Part shown: one piece after another, positions 49,195 to 59,122 of the stretch
Numbering within the stretch: position 1 is the first letter of the stretch
Layout: each line of letters begins with the position of its first letter
Assembly: GCA_937982065.1 (NCBI GenBank)
Contig: CALJMO010000052.1
Coordinates: 246,327 to 310,326, forward strand
DNA: 64,000 bases
Direction: 5' to 3'
Origin: an uncultured Collinsella sp.
GTDB taxonomy: Bacteria > Actinomycetota > Coriobacteriia > Coriobacteriales > Coriobacteriaceae
The notes under the pieces: generated by a model
Told to the model about the DNA's origin: nothing
Seen by the model: the letters and a program-made list of their open reading frames with translations, nothing else
Databases searched by the model: none
Translations under genes and position numbers: made by a program

Positions 49195-51522
49195 TTAAGC
49201 GGAAACTGCGGCGGAAGCAGTGTTGGTCTCGTCCTCGTCGGTCCATGCATGCTTGGGCATGGGACGGAAGATCTGGAAGAGCATCGCAACCAGCAGCACG
49301 ATGGCCACAATCGTCCAGATACCAAACTGTCCAAGAACAAGCAAGTTGTAGAACTGGTTGATGAACAGGCCGATCACCCAAGCGAAGGCGCACTCGTAAC
49401 CGATGGCGATCGCAGTCCACTTGCCGGAATCCATCTGGTTGCGGATGGTGCCAATGGCGGCAAAGCACGGAGCGCACAGCAGGTTGAAGGCGCCGAAGGC
49501 AACGCAAGCGCCCATGGTGGGGAACATGCCGGCAAACGCGGTCCACAGGCTCGGGTCGGTCTCGCCCGCGTCGGCGACGGACAGCAGCGAGCCGGCGGTG
49601 GCGACGACGTTCTCCTTGGCGACGAGGCCAGAGACGGACAGTGCTGTTGCCTGCCAGGTGCTAAAGCCGAGCGGGGCGAAGATCCAGGCGATCAGGTTGC
49701 CGAGCATGGCAAGCACGGAGTAGTCCATGAACTCCTCGGGGATGCCGTCCATCGCAGGCAGGAAGCCAAAGGAACCGTTGTAGCTACCAAAGTTGGACAG
49801 GAACCAAACCACAACAGTGGAGGCAAAGATGACCGTGCCGGCCTTCTTGATAAAGGCCCAGCAGCGCTCCCACACGTGCAGCGCCCAAGAGCGGATCGCC
49901 GGGAAGTGGTAGGCAGGAAGCTCCATGACAAACGGTGTCGGGCGACCGGCGAAGAGCTTGGTCTTCTTGAGCATGAGGCCCGAGGCGATGACGGCAAAGA
50001 CGCCCAGGAAGTAGAAGAGCGGGCTGATCCACGCGGCGGTGGTGGAAGAATCGCCGATGATGGAACCCATGAGCAGGGCGATGATCGGCAGCTTGGCACC
50101 ACAGGGAATGAACGTGGTGGTCATGACCGTCATGCGGCGGTCCTTCTCGTTCTCGATGGTCTTGGTAGCCATGACGCCGGGAACGCCGCAGCCTGAGGAC
50201 ACGAGCATGGGGATGAAGGACTTACCGGACAGGCCAAAGCGGCGGAACACGCGGTCCATGATGAAGGCGACGCGGGCCATATAGCCGCAGTCCTCCAAGA
50301 AGGACAGCATGACGAACAGCAGGAACATCTGCGGCACAAAGCCGAAGATGGCGCCCAGGCCGCCGACGATGCCGTCGCAGACCAGCGAATCGACCAGGCC
50401 ACCGTCCTCGGTGCCGCCCGCCACAAGGGCGTCGTGGACCATGGTGGTAATACCCGGGACATAGGGGCCGTACTGTGCCGGGTCGACCGAGTCGGCATTG
50501 TCACCCGCAGCCTCGACGGCCACGTCGTAGGCGTCGCGACCCTGGCCGAGCACATACCAACCGTCGGTACCGAAGAGCTGGTCGTTGGTGAAGTCGGTCA
50601 CCGTGCCGCCCAAGGTAGAAACGGCGATGTAGTACACGCAGAACATGATGACCACAAAGATCGGCAGGCCCAGGATACGGTTGGTAACCACGCGGTCGAT
50701 CTTCTCGGAGGTGCTCATCTTGGCCGGAGCCTTAGTGAGGCACTCATCGATGATGTGCGCGATGACGCCATAGCGCTCACCGGTGATGATGGACTCGGCA
50801 TCGTCGTCGCAGTCCTGCTCGCACTGGGCGACCAGCTCCTCCACGCGAGCAGCCTTCTCCTTAGTGAGGTTGATGAGCTTGCAGGCGTCCGCGTCGCGCT
50901 CGAACAGCTTGACGGCGTAATAGCGGCGCTTGTTAGCGGGAACGCTCGCAGGCAGATTGTTTTCGATGTGGTCAAGAACGTCCTCGATGGAGGAATCGAA
51001 CTTGTGCTCCGGCACCTGGCCCTTGGAAGCAGCAGACTTCTTGACCTGCTCGAACAGCTCCTTGATACCCTTGTTCTTAAGAGCCGAGATCATCATGACC
51101 GGGCAGCCGAGCTTCTTGGAGAGCTTGTCCGTGTCGATCTTGTCGCCGTTCTTCTCGACCAAGTCGGCCATGTTGAGGGCAACAACCACGGGCAGGCCGG
51201 TCTCGATAACCTGAAGCGCCAGGTACAGGTTACGCTCGAGGTTGGTGGCATCGACAACTTGGACGACAACATCGGGCTCGCCGCTCATGAGGTAATCGCG
51301 CGAGCATTGCTCCTCGGGGCTGTAGGGGGAAAGCGAGTAGATGCCAGGGAGGTCCGTGATGGTAACGTTCTTGTCGCTTAGGAGCTTGGCTTCCTTTTTC
51401 TCAACCGTGACGCCGGGCCAGTTGCCAACGTAGCCGTTGGCGCCGGTGATCAGGTTGAAAAGCGTGGTCTTGCCGCAGTTGGGGTTACCCGCCAGCGCGA
51501 CATGGATCTGAGAATCCGCCAT
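49195..51522 (-). CDS. feoB: Ferrous iron transporter B
   Basis: N-terminal G-domain 'GNPNCGKTTLFN'; gate and permease TM domains. Confidence 0.95.
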   Translation of the reverse strand: MADSQIHVALAGNPNCGKTTLFNLITGANGYVGNWPGVTVEKKEAKLLSDKNVTITDLPGIYSLSPYSPEEQCSRDYLMSGEPDVVVQVVDATNLERNLYLALQVIETGLPVVVALNMADLVEKNGDKIDTDKLSKKLGCPVMMISALKNKGIKELFEQVKKSAASKGQVPEHKFDSSIEDVLDHIENNLPASVPANKRRYYAVKLFERDADACKLINLTKEKAARVEELVAQCEQDCDDDAESIITGERYGVIAHIIDECLTKAPAKMSTSEKIDRVVTNRILGLPIFVVIMFCVYYIAVSTLGGTVTDFTNDQLFGTDGWYVLGQGRDAYDVAVEAAGDNADSVDPAQYGPYVPGITTMVHDALVAGGTEDGGLVDSLVCDGIVGGLGAIFGFVPQMFLLFVMLSFLEDCGYMARVAFIMDRVFRRFGLSGKSFIPMLVSSGCGVPGVMATKTIENEKDRRMTVMTTTFIPCGAKLPIIALLMGSIIGDSSTTAAWISPLFYFLGVFAVIASGLMLKKTKLFAGRPTPFVMELPAYHFPAIRSWALHVWERCWAFIKKAGTVIFASTVVVWFLSNFGSYNGSFGFLPAMDGIPEEFMDYSVLAMLGNLIAWIFAPLGFSTWQATALSVSGLVAKENVVATAGSLLSVADAGETDPSLWTAFAGMFPTMGACVAFGAFNLLCAPCFAAIGTIRNQMDSGKWTAIAIGYECAFAWVIGLFINQFYNLLVLGQFGIWTIVAIVLLVAMLFQIFRPMPKHAWTDEDETNTASAAVSA

Positions 51523-51645
51523 TCAATCCTTCTTCCTTGTGTGCCTGCGCTGCTTTCTCCGCGCAGGCTGGATAATGTGCTTCAAAGATGCTGCATTAAG
51601 TTAGAAATACCTAACTTTATCTGCAGAAATATACGCCGCGAGCCC

Positions 51646-51867
51646 TTACTGGACCTCGACGACGGCCGCCTCCTCCTTGCGGATGGAAAGCTCGTAGCCG
51701 CGCACGTTGATCTCGACCGGATCACCGAGCGGTGCAACCTTCACGACCTTGAACGAAGTGCCCTTGATGAGCCCCAAGTCCATAAGGTGGCGGCGAAGCG
51801 CACCCTCACCGTGAAGCTTGACGATGGTAGAGCTCTCGCCCACCTTAACGTCACCCAACGTCTTCAT
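51646..51867 (-). CDS. feoA: FeoA (SH3-like)
   Basis: ~73-aa FeoA fold. Confidence 0.85.
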   Translation of the reverse strand: MKTLGDVKVGESSTIVKLHGEGALRRHLMDLGLIKGTSFKVVKVAPLGDPVEINVRGYELSIRKEEAAVVEVQ

Positions 51868-51906
51868 CCTCTTGTCCCCCTTTCGGTTTTTATGAAATGC
51901 TGCTGA

Positions 51907-52149
51907 CTAACCGACGGTCATGATGTGCATGGCAACCTTGGAATCGATGCCAAAGCGTGCGCCCAGCACCGTGACGATGATATTGGCACCACTCGAGCTC
52001 ACCACGTGGATTTCGTTGCCCTCGACAAAGCCGAGGTCCTTGAGGTGGTGTTTCATGTCCTCATTGCCCTTTACACGAGACACGCGCACGGTTTCGCCCG
52101 CTTTTACCATCGAAAGCGGCATGGCCGGCATCTGCGGTCCGCAAGACAT
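51907..52149 (-). CDS. feoA: FeoA, second copy
   Basis: Paralogous FeoA domain; RBS TAGGAGC. Confidence 0.8.
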   Translation of the reverse strand: MSCGPQMPAMPLSMVKAGETVRVSRVKGNEDMKHHLKDLGFVEGNEIHVVSSSGANIIVTVLGARFGIDSKVAMHIMTVG

Positions 52150-52192
52150 GAGTTGCTCCTAACGTCAGTTCGTCCTCAACATCGACGCGATA

Positions 52193-52244
52193 AAAGTTAA
52201 CCACGTCTATGTTCGCTTTAGTAAACTAGCACGTGGTTAACTTT
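52193..52244. promoter_or_regulatory. Perfect 14-bp inverted repeat AAAGTTAACCACGT-n24-ACGTGGTTAACTTT upstream of the feo operon
   Basis: Read directly; lies between the HPr terminator and the feoA start. Confidence 0.5.
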
Positions 52245-52286
52245 TTGGAAAGGGTCCCTATTCAGATTTCGAAAAAGTTTCCTATA

Positions 52287-52326
52287 CGAAACAAAAAGGC
52301 GCGGCAAAGGACCATCCTTTACCGCG
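52287..52326 (-). terminator. Rho-independent terminator of the HPr gene
   Basis: ggcgcggcaaagga…tcctttaccgcgcc hairpin, then a T-rich tract in minus-strand sense. Confidence 0.6.
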
Positions 52327-52337
52327 CCCTATCATGC

Positions 52338-52586
52338 TTAGAGCGAGAGATTTCTGATCGATGTGACACAGGAGGCCTCATCCACGCCCGAAACGCGGAA
52401 CACGATGTCCTCGCCACATTCGCCACAGAGTGCCATGAGCCCTATAACGTCGCGGCCATCGACATGACGATTGCCAATCGAAACCGACACGTCACTACGA
52501 TGCTTGGCGATAATGTCATAAAGCAGCGCAACCGGGCGGGCATGCAATCCCAACGGATCTTTAATCGTCTTCGTAAATTCGACCAT
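52338..52586 (-). CDS. HPr-family phosphocarrier protein (standalone; no PTS genes in the window)
   Basis: 'GLHARPVA' active-site His motif; RBS GGGAGGGG. Confidence 0.75.
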   Translation of the reverse strand: MVEFTKTIKDPLGLHARPVALLYDIIAKHRSDVSVSIGNRHVDGRDVIGLMALCGECGEDIVFRVSGVDEASCVTSIRNLSL

Positions 52587-52699
52587 GTCCCCTCCCACGA
52601 CATCGCACATTCGGCCGGCAAACCCAGCCACGTGGTAGCTATTGTAGCGTTAGATGCTTGTTGAGGGCGGGACGGAAATCGCATCCCATTTCGAGCGTC

Positions 52700-52850
52700 A
52701 ATGATGGGACACAGTTTCCGCCAGAAGGCTCAACCGGAAAGTGCGACCCGTTATTTGGCTGGATTCTGGGACGCAGTTTCCGCTGAGCGACCCTGGCGGA
52801 AAGTACATCCCATTCTGGACGCAAATTCCGGGACGCAGTTTCCTCGACGT
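52700..52850. repeat. BIME-like cluster (family C), same motif family as 175-320
   Basis: Alternating GGGACGCAGTTTCCGC / GCGGAAAGTACATCCC units. Confidence 0.6.
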
Positions 52851-52942
52851 CCGGTCACCCCATGCCCTCACAACCTCGGCGCATAAAAAACGAGGGAAGG
52901 CACGCGTCCTTCCCTCGTTACGGGCAATATGTAGCCGCTTGC

Positions 52943-54730
52943 CTACATCAGGCGCAGGCTGACGTCCTTGAGCTGGGCGCCACTAACGGCACTCGGAGCA
53001 CCCGACATAAGGTCGGAGCCGCTGGCCGTCTTGGGGAACGCCATGACGTCGCGGATGGAGTCGGAACCGGTGAGCAGCATGCACACGCGGTCCAGGCCCA
53101 AAGCGAGACCGCCCATCGGGGGCGCACCAAACTTGAGGGCCTCCATGAGGAAGCCGAACTGCGACTCGGCGCGCTCCTCGGTAAAGCCCAGAAGCTTGAG
53201 CATGGACATCTGCATCTCGGCGTTGTGGATACGCATACCGCCGCCGCCGGCCTCAAAGCCGTCCATGACAAAGTCGTAGGTGCAAGAACCGGCTGCCAGC
53301 GGATCGGCCTCGATCTTGGCGATGTCGGTCTCGGTCGGCAGGGTAAAGGGCTGGTGCTCGGCAGCATAGGCCTTGCGATCCTCGTCCCAATGGAACAGCG
53401 GGAAGTTGACGACCCACAGGAAGTCGTGACCCTCGCGCTTGATCTCGAGCGCATTGGCCATGTGCGAACGCATGCCGCCCAGGATCTCGTCGGAGAGCAG
53501 GCGCGGGCCAGCAGCGAACATCACAAGGTCGCCGGGCTCGACGTCCATGCGCTCGCGCAGAGCAGCCATCTCCTCGTCCGAGAAGAACTTGACGATGGGG
53601 CTGTTGATGGAGCCGTCCTCGCGGAAAGCGATCCATGCCAGGCCCTTGGCGCCAAACGTGGAGGCCACGCCGGCGAGCTTATCGATCTTGGCACGTGCCC
53701 AGGCACCGGCGCCCTTGGCGTTGATGGCCTTGACGACAGAGCCTTCCTCGTTTGCGGCAGTCGCAAAGACCTTGAACTTGGAGTTGGCAAAGATGTCGGT
53801 CAGGTCGACCAGATGCATGCCATAGCGGGTATCGGGCTTGTCGGAGCCATAGGTGTCCATGGCCTCCCAGTAGTTCATGCGACGCAGCGGCGTGGGCATC
53901 TCGACACCCATGCGACCGAAGGCATCGGCAAGAACCTCTTCGAGCGCGCTCATGACATCGTTCTGGTCCACGAAGGACATCTCGATATCGACCTGGGTGA
54001 ACTCGGGCTGACGGTCGGCACGCAGGTCCTCGTCGCGGAAGCACTTGGCAACCTGGTAGTAGCGCTCAACGCCACCGACCATGAGCAGCTGCTTCAGAAG
54101 CTGCGGGGACTGCGGCAGGGCGTAGAAGTTGCCCGGCTGGATGCGGCTGGGAACGATGAAGTCGCGGGCGCCCTCGGGCGTGGACTTGAACAGGGAGGGC
54201 GTCTCGACCTCCATGAACTCACGGTTGTGCAGTGCCTCGCGAATGGCAAAGGTAAAGTCGGAGCGCAGCTTGAGGTTGGCCATCATCTCGGGACGGCGGA
54301 GGTCCAGATAGCGATAGCGCAGGCGGGTGTCCTCGCTGGTCTCGATGCCGTCCTCGATCTGGAACGGCGGGGTGACGGACGTGTTGAGAACCTTGGCGTG
54401 GTCGGTCAGGACCTCGATCTCGCCGGTCGCGAGCTTGGTGTTGGTGGTCTCCTCGCCACGGGCGCGCACGACGCCGTGAATCTTGATGGGCCACTCGGGA
54501 CGCATGGTCTCGGCGATCTTAAAGGCATCGCCGTCGGAGTGCTCGGGGTCGAAGGTGAGCTGCGTGATGCCCTCGCGGTCGCGAAGGTCGCAGAAAATAA
54601 GGCCGCCGTGGTCGCGGCGACGGCTCACCCAACCGGTGAGGGTGACCTCTTCGCCCACGTTCTCGAAGCGAAGCTCGCCGCAGGTACGGGTGTGCATGGA
54701 ATGCTCATCGATGGGACGGGTCTGGCTCAT
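52943..54730 (-). CDS. aspS: Aspartate--tRNA ligase (probably non-discriminating, given gatCAB)
   Basis: Class II aaRS motifs, OB-fold N-terminus; RBS AAAGGAGGA. Confidence 0.95.
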   Translation of the reverse strand: MSQTRPIDEHSMHTRTCGELRFENVGEEVTLTGWVSRRRDHGGLIFCDLRDREGITQLTFDPEHSDGDAFKIAETMRPEWPIKIHGVVRARGEETTNTKLATGEIEVLTDHAKVLNTSVTPPFQIEDGIETSEDTRLRYRYLDLRRPEMMANLKLRSDFTFAIREALHNREFMEVETPSLFKSTPEGARDFIVPSRIQPGNFYALPQSPQLLKQLLMVGGVERYYQVAKCFRDEDLRADRQPEFTQVDIEMSFVDQNDVMSALEEVLADAFGRMGVEMPTPLRRMNYWEAMDTYGSDKPDTRYGMHLVDLTDIFANSKFKVFATAANEEGSVVKAINAKGAGAWARAKIDKLAGVASTFGAKGLAWIAFREDGSINSPIVKFFSDEEMAALRERMDVEPGDLVMFAAGPRLLSDEILGGMRSHMANALEIKREGHDFLWVVNFPLFHWDEDRKAYAAEHQPFTLPTETDIAKIEADPLAAGSCTYDFVMDGFEAGGGGMRIHNAEMQMSMLKLLGFTEERAESQFGFLMEALKFGAPPMGGLALGLDRVCMLLTGSDSIRDVMAFPKTASGSDLMSGAPSAVSGAQLKDVSLRLM

Positions 54731-54986
54731 ACCAGTGATCCTCCTTTATGGATCTGTGCCGCCCCGTGTCGTTCCGGGCGGCGTCGTACAGATTTGCCCA
54801 GCCTGCGTAAACCGCGCAGCCGGACATGGCGTTCTATCTTATCGCACCCACGTCGATGTGCCGCGGAAAAGTAGCTCATGCCCAAAGACTTGACGGAGAC
54901 GAAACAATTGATGCGCCGTGGCCGTCGCCAAGGCGCGCCGCGTGCGACAATGTGCCCCAATACAACTGCACTCGGAAAGGCCCGCC

Positions 54987-55622
54987 ATGACTGCACGCCT
55001 CATCGTTATGGATATCGACTCTACGCTCATCAACCAGGAGGTCATCGACCTGTTGGGCGAGGAGGCCGGCGTGGGCAAGCAGGTAGCGCAGATCACCGAG
55101 CGCGCCATGCGCGGCGAGCTTGACTTTAAGCAGGCGCTCGAGGAGCGCGTGGGGCTGCTTGCCGGCCTGGACGAGAGCGTGTTCGAGCGCACCTTTGCGC
55201 GCGTGACGTTTACCCCCGGCGCGCTGGAGCTTGTGCGCTCGGCGCACAGCAAGGGCTGGAAGGTCGGCGTGGTAAGCGGCGGCTTCCACGAGGTCGCCGA
55301 TAAGATCGTGGCCGCTGCGGGCATCGATTTTTGTCTAGCGAACCGCCTGGAGGTCGTAGACGGCAAGCTCACCGGTAAGTTGGCTGCCGACATCGTGACC
55401 AAGGAATCCAAGCTCATCCAGCTGCTGGATTGGGCAGTTGAGTGCGGCGTCGATATGGCCCACACCGTCGCGATCGGCGACGGCGCCAACGACATCCCCA
55501 TGATTCAGGCCGCGGGCACGGGCATCGCGTTTTGCGCCAAGCCCAAGACGCGCGAGGCCGCCCCGTTTGCCATCGACGAGCGCAATCTGATGCTCGCCAT
55601 GGACATCATCCTGCGCGACTAG
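54987..55622 (+). CDS. serB: Phosphoserine phosphatase (HAD-IB)
   Basis: 'VMDIDSTLI' motif I, 'GDGANDIPM' motif IV. Confidence 0.8.
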   Translation: MTARLIVMDIDSTLINQEVIDLLGEEAGVGKQVAQITERAMRGELDFKQALEERVGLLAGLDESVFERTFARVTFTPGALELVRSAHSKGWKVGVVSGGFHEVADKIVAAAGIDFCLANRLEVVDGKLTGKLAADIVTKESKLIQLLDWAVECGVDMAHTVAIGDGANDIPMIQAAGTGIAFCAKPKTREAAPFAIDERNLMLAMDIILRD

Positions 55623-55738
55623 TCAATCCGTCTAACAACAGAATCAATTCCTCTATGTCTAGTTTCCGAACGATTTTGTTCTAATGTTCGGAAACTACCC
55701 TTCTCGTGCTAGACTTTGCACCGTCGAAGGGAACATAT

Positions 55739-56521
55739 ATGGATAAGCGAGATCTTGAGCAATTGCTGAGCGATGTTGCCGACGGAACAGTCACCCCGGC
55801 AGTCGCCCTCACGCGCATCCAGACGGCGCCAACCGCCAATCTGGGTTTTGCGCAGCTCGATCTTTCACGCGGGGTGCGCCAGGGAGCCGGCGAGGTTGTC
55901 TACGGCGCCGGTAAAACCGCCGAGCAGATTGCCGCCATTATCAAAGCATTACTCAATGCCGGCCAGGTGCGCATCCTGGTCACGCGCCTGGACGCCGAAA
56001 AGGCAGCCCGCGCCTCGAAGCTCCTCGGCAACGGCATCGACCTGGGATATGTCCCAGACGCACAGCTCGCCCTCGTGGGCGGCAAGCCCTCCCCTACCGG
56101 CAACGGACGCATCGTTGTCGCCTGCGCCGGTACGAGCGACCTGCCCGTCGCCGAGGAAGCCGCGTTGACGGCCGAATTCTATGGCAACGAGGTCGACCGC
56201 CTCTACGACGTAGGTGTCGCAGGCCTGCACCGCCTGCTCGCGCATGCCGAGGAACTTGCCCAGGCGCAGGTGGTCATCGCCATCGCCGGCATGGAAGGCG
56301 CCCTGGCGAGCGTTATCGGCGGTCTGGTGAGCTGTCCGGTCATCGCCGTTCCCACCAGCGTGGGCTACGGCGCAAATTTTGGAGGCGTAGCCGCGCTGCT
56401 CGCCATGCTCAACTCCTGCGCCAGCGGCGTATCGGTCGTCAATATCGATAACGGCTTTGGTGCCGCCTACCAGGCAAGTCTTATCAATCATCTGAGCGCC
56501 GGCACATCCTGCGCCCGTTAA
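55739..56521 (+). CDS. larB: LarB (PurE-like pyridinium-3,5-biscarboxylic acid mononucleotide synthase)
   Basis: PurE/AIRC-like 'VVACAGTSDLPVAEEA' segment, ~260 aa with an N-terminal extension. Confidence 0.7.
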   Translation: MDKRDLEQLLSDVADGTVTPAVALTRIQTAPTANLGFAQLDLSRGVRQGAGEVVYGAGKTAEQIAAIIKALLNAGQVRILVTRLDAEKAARASKLLGNGIDLGYVPDAQLALVGGKPSPTGNGRIVVACAGTSDLPVAEEAALTAEFYGNEVDRLYDVGVAGLHRLLAHAEELAQAQVVIAIAGMEGALASVIGGLVSCPVIAVPTSVGYGANFGGVAALLAMLNSCASGVSVVNIDNGFGAAYQASLINHLSAGTSCAR

Positions 56522-56531
56522 GGAGCATTCC

Positions 56532-57455
56532 ATGTCCAACCATCAGCACACGCTTATCATCGACGGCACTTCGGGCATCAGCGGCGATATGACCGTCGCG
56601 GCCCTGCTCGACTTGGGCGCCAGCGAGGAGCACCTGCGCGAACAGCTCGCCACGCTGCCGGTCGACGGCTTTTCGATCGCTGTAACGCGCGTAAACAAGC
56701 ATGGCATCGACGCCTGCGATTTCGACGTCCAGCTTGCAGAGGGCCTCGAGAACCATGATCACGATATGGCCTGGCTCTACGGCAACGAAGCAGCTGTCGA
56801 GCATATGCATGAGCATGAGCATGAGCACCACCATCATGGCCATGGCGAGCACGAACACGAGCACACACACGACCATGACCATGAGGCCCACGGCCATGGT
56901 CACGAGGGTCACCATCACGCCCACCACCATCACCACCGTTCTTTGGCGGACGTCACCGCCATCATCGACGGCTCACAGCTAAGCGATGGCGCCAAGCGTC
57001 GTGCGCTCGCCATCTTTACCGCACTTGCCGCCGCCGAGGCCAAGGCCCACGGCAAAACGCCCGAAACCGTCATGTTCCACGAGGTGGGCGCCGTCGACTC
57101 CATCGTCGACGTCTGCTCTGTCGCCATCTGCCTCGATGACCTGGGTATTGAGGACATCGTTGTCGAGTCGCTTTCCGAGGGCCACGGCACCATCCGCTGC
57201 GCCCACGGCCTCATGCCCATTCCCGTCCCCGCCGTTGTCAACCTATGCCAGGCGGGCAATATCGCCCTCACGCCCGTACCGGTCGCCGGCGAGCTCGTGA
57301 CGCCCACGGGCGCCGCCATCGTCGCCGCGCTGCGCACGTCCGAGCACCTGCCGGCACGCTACCGCATCGAAGCCGTCGGCTACGGCGCCGGCAAGCGTCC
57401 CTACGAGGGTTGCTCCGGCACGCTCCGTTGCCTGCTTGTTCAAGTGGATGCATAA
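56532..57455 (+). CDS. larC: LarC N-terminal domain (DUF111-type nickel insertase) with a 60-aa His-rich insert; no LarC C-terminal (CTP) domain
   Basis: 'DGTSGISGDMTVAALLDLG' N-terminal signature; HEHEHEHHHHGHGEHEHEHTHDHDHEAHGHGHEGHHHAHHHHH. Confidence 0.7.
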   Translation: MSNHQHTLIIDGTSGISGDMTVAALLDLGASEEHLREQLATLPVDGFSIAVTRVNKHGIDACDFDVQLAEGLENHDHDMAWLYGNEAAVEHMHEHEHEHHHHGHGEHEHEHTHDHDHEAHGHGHEGHHHAHHHHHRSLADVTAIIDGSQLSDGAKRRALAIFTALAAAEAKAHGKTPETVMFHEVGAVDSIVDVCSVAICLDDLGIEDIVVESLSEGHGTIRCAHGLMPIPVPAVVNLCQAGNIALTPVPVAGELVTPTGAAIVAALRTSEHLPARYRIEAVGYGAGKRPYEGCSGTLRCLLVQVDA

Positions 57456-57457
57456 CC

Positions 57458-57997
57458 ATGGATGCCCGCAAAGAAAAAAGCCGCGCTGCCATCGTTGCGG
57501 CGTTCTCCGAGCTGCTACGCGAAGTGGACTACGGCAAGATCACTGTCGGCGACATCATCGCTCGCGCCCACGTAGGCCGCGCGACATTCTACGGCCTCTT
57601 TAAGAGCAAAGACGACCTACTGTCCGAGCTCGTGAGCGACATCTGCACCCACGCCCTCGACGACGATGGTACGCCGCTCGACGACCCACTCGTGCAAGTC
57701 GAGCATATCCTCAACAACCTCTGGGAGCGCCGTCAGGGCGTACGAGCCCTCGTAGCCGGTGCCGGCTCACGCGTCTTCGCCGACTGCTTACGCAAGACCA
57801 TCATGTCACGAGCAGCCGAAACCGTCCCTACCGACCCAAACGGCCCCTCCGCCACCATGGACCGAAGCTTCCTACTACACCACATAGCCTCAAGCTTCGT
57901 AGCCACCGTCCAATGGTGGGCCTGGCACAACTTCCAAGCAAACAAAGCCGACGTAGCCAAAGACTACCTCTCAGCCATAAAACCCCTCTTCAACTAA
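57458..57997 (+). CDS. TetR/AcrR-family transcriptional regulator
   Basis: HTH 'ITVGDIIARAHVGRATFYGLFKSKDDLL'; starts 2 nt after the larC stop. Confidence 0.85.
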   Translation: MDARKEKSRAAIVAAFSELLREVDYGKITVGDIIARAHVGRATFYGLFKSKDDLLSELVSDICTHALDDDGTPLDDPLVQVEHILNNLWERRQGVRALVAGAGSRVFADCLRKTIMSRAAETVPTDPNGPSATMDRSFLLHHIASSFVATVQWWAWHNFQANKADVAKDYLSAIKPLFN

Positions 57998-58191
57998 GTA
58001 ACTATCCCTTCCCAAAGTGGGAGCCCCATCCCAAAGCGCGAATCCCATTCCAAAGTTCCGCTCCGACTCAAGACGCCACGCATCCCAAAGTGCCACTCGC
58101 ACCTCAAAGCGCCTAACAACAAAGTGCCCACCACATCCAAATTCAGATATATATGTTGGTTGCTTGTTCGAACGCAACTGGATTCCCGCAG

Positions 58192-58316
58192 GGTCCGGCA
58201 TAGGTTAACTTTCCGCCGCACTCCGCAGGACGCAAGAAGCTCCCGCCGCACGAAGTGCGCAGCGGGAGCTTCTTGCATGTCCGAGGACGCGGCGGAAAGT
58301 TAACCTATGCCGGACC
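58192..58316. repeat. ~125-bp nested imperfect palindrome (family E; core 'ccgcaggacgcaagaagc…cgcacgaagtgcg…gcttcttgcatgtccgaggacg')
   Basis: Core shared with 61249-61367. Confidence 0.65.
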
Positions 58317-58341
58317 CGGGCGTTATATCAATTGTCTTGGA

Positions 58342-59073
58342 CTAGAACATGCCCAAGAAACCATGCACAAACAGCGCAGCCAGAGCGGCACCGACAAACG
58401 GCGCGATGCCAGGAACAAGCAGGCCGTACTTCCAGTTGTTGTCAGCCTTGTTCTTGATCGGCAGCACCTGATAGGCCATGCGAGGACCAAGGTCACGAGC
58501 CTGGTTCATGGCGAAGCCGGTGATACCGCCCATGCCCATGCCAACAGCCCAAACGATCAGACCGACGCAGATGGCGAGCATCAGGACGTTCTCGCCAGCA
58601 CGGTTAGCAGCAGCAAGGATGGCGCTGATGAACACAAAAGTGCAGATAGCCTCGCAGAAGAAGTTGCGGGCATAGTTCGTACCCTCGGTGGTGGGGTTGG
58701 TCGAGAAGATATTGCGCTGGGCAATGGGATCGACGACACCATCGGAAGCCTTGAACTCATCGGCATACATAAGCCACGCGATCACGGCACCCGCAAAGCC
58801 GCCGAGCATATCGGCAATCATGAAGGGGATGCAGCTGCTCCACGGCACCAGGCCGACGATGCACTGGGCAAGCACCATGGCGGGGTTCATGCACACGGCG
58901 CCGCCAAAGATAAACAGAGCAACCGAGATGCCAAAAGACCAAGTGGTGATGGCAAACATATGACCAGAGCCCTGATACTTGGTGCCCTTGAGCACGGTAT
59001 CGCAGTGCACGCCCACGCCAAAGATGATCATGAGGGCCGTTGCGCCGAATTCGCAGAGGAGTTTGGTAAGCAT
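58342..59073 (-). CDS. MIP-family channel (aquaglyceroporin-like; LarD-like position next to larA); second NPA box reads NQA
   Basis: 6-TM profile; 'CMNPAMV' and 'AMNQARDLGPR'. Confidence 0.75.
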   Translation of the reverse strand: MLTKLLCEFGATALMIIFGVGVHCDTVLKGTKYQGSGHMFAITTWSFGISVALFIFGGAVCMNPAMVLAQCIVGLVPWSSCIPFMIADMLGGFAGAVIAWLMYADEFKASDGVVDPIAQRNIFSTNPTTEGTNYARNFFCEAICTFVFISAILAAANRAGENVLMLAICVGLIVWAVGMGMGGITGFAMNQARDLGPRMAYQVLPIKNKADNNWKYGLLVPGIAPFVGAALAALFVHGFLGMF

Positions 59074-59122
59074 AAAACCTTATCTTTCTTGTCGGTTATA
59101 AACGATTCGTTTAGGCCGCGTA

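Noticed and set aside
57458-57997. Looked for a hidden LarC C-terminal (CTP-binding) domain downstream of the LarC N-domain, as in the L. plantarum larC1/larC2 frameshift
   Set aside because: The downstream ORF is a clear TetR regulator starting 2 nt after the larC stop. No alternative frame there resembles LarC2.
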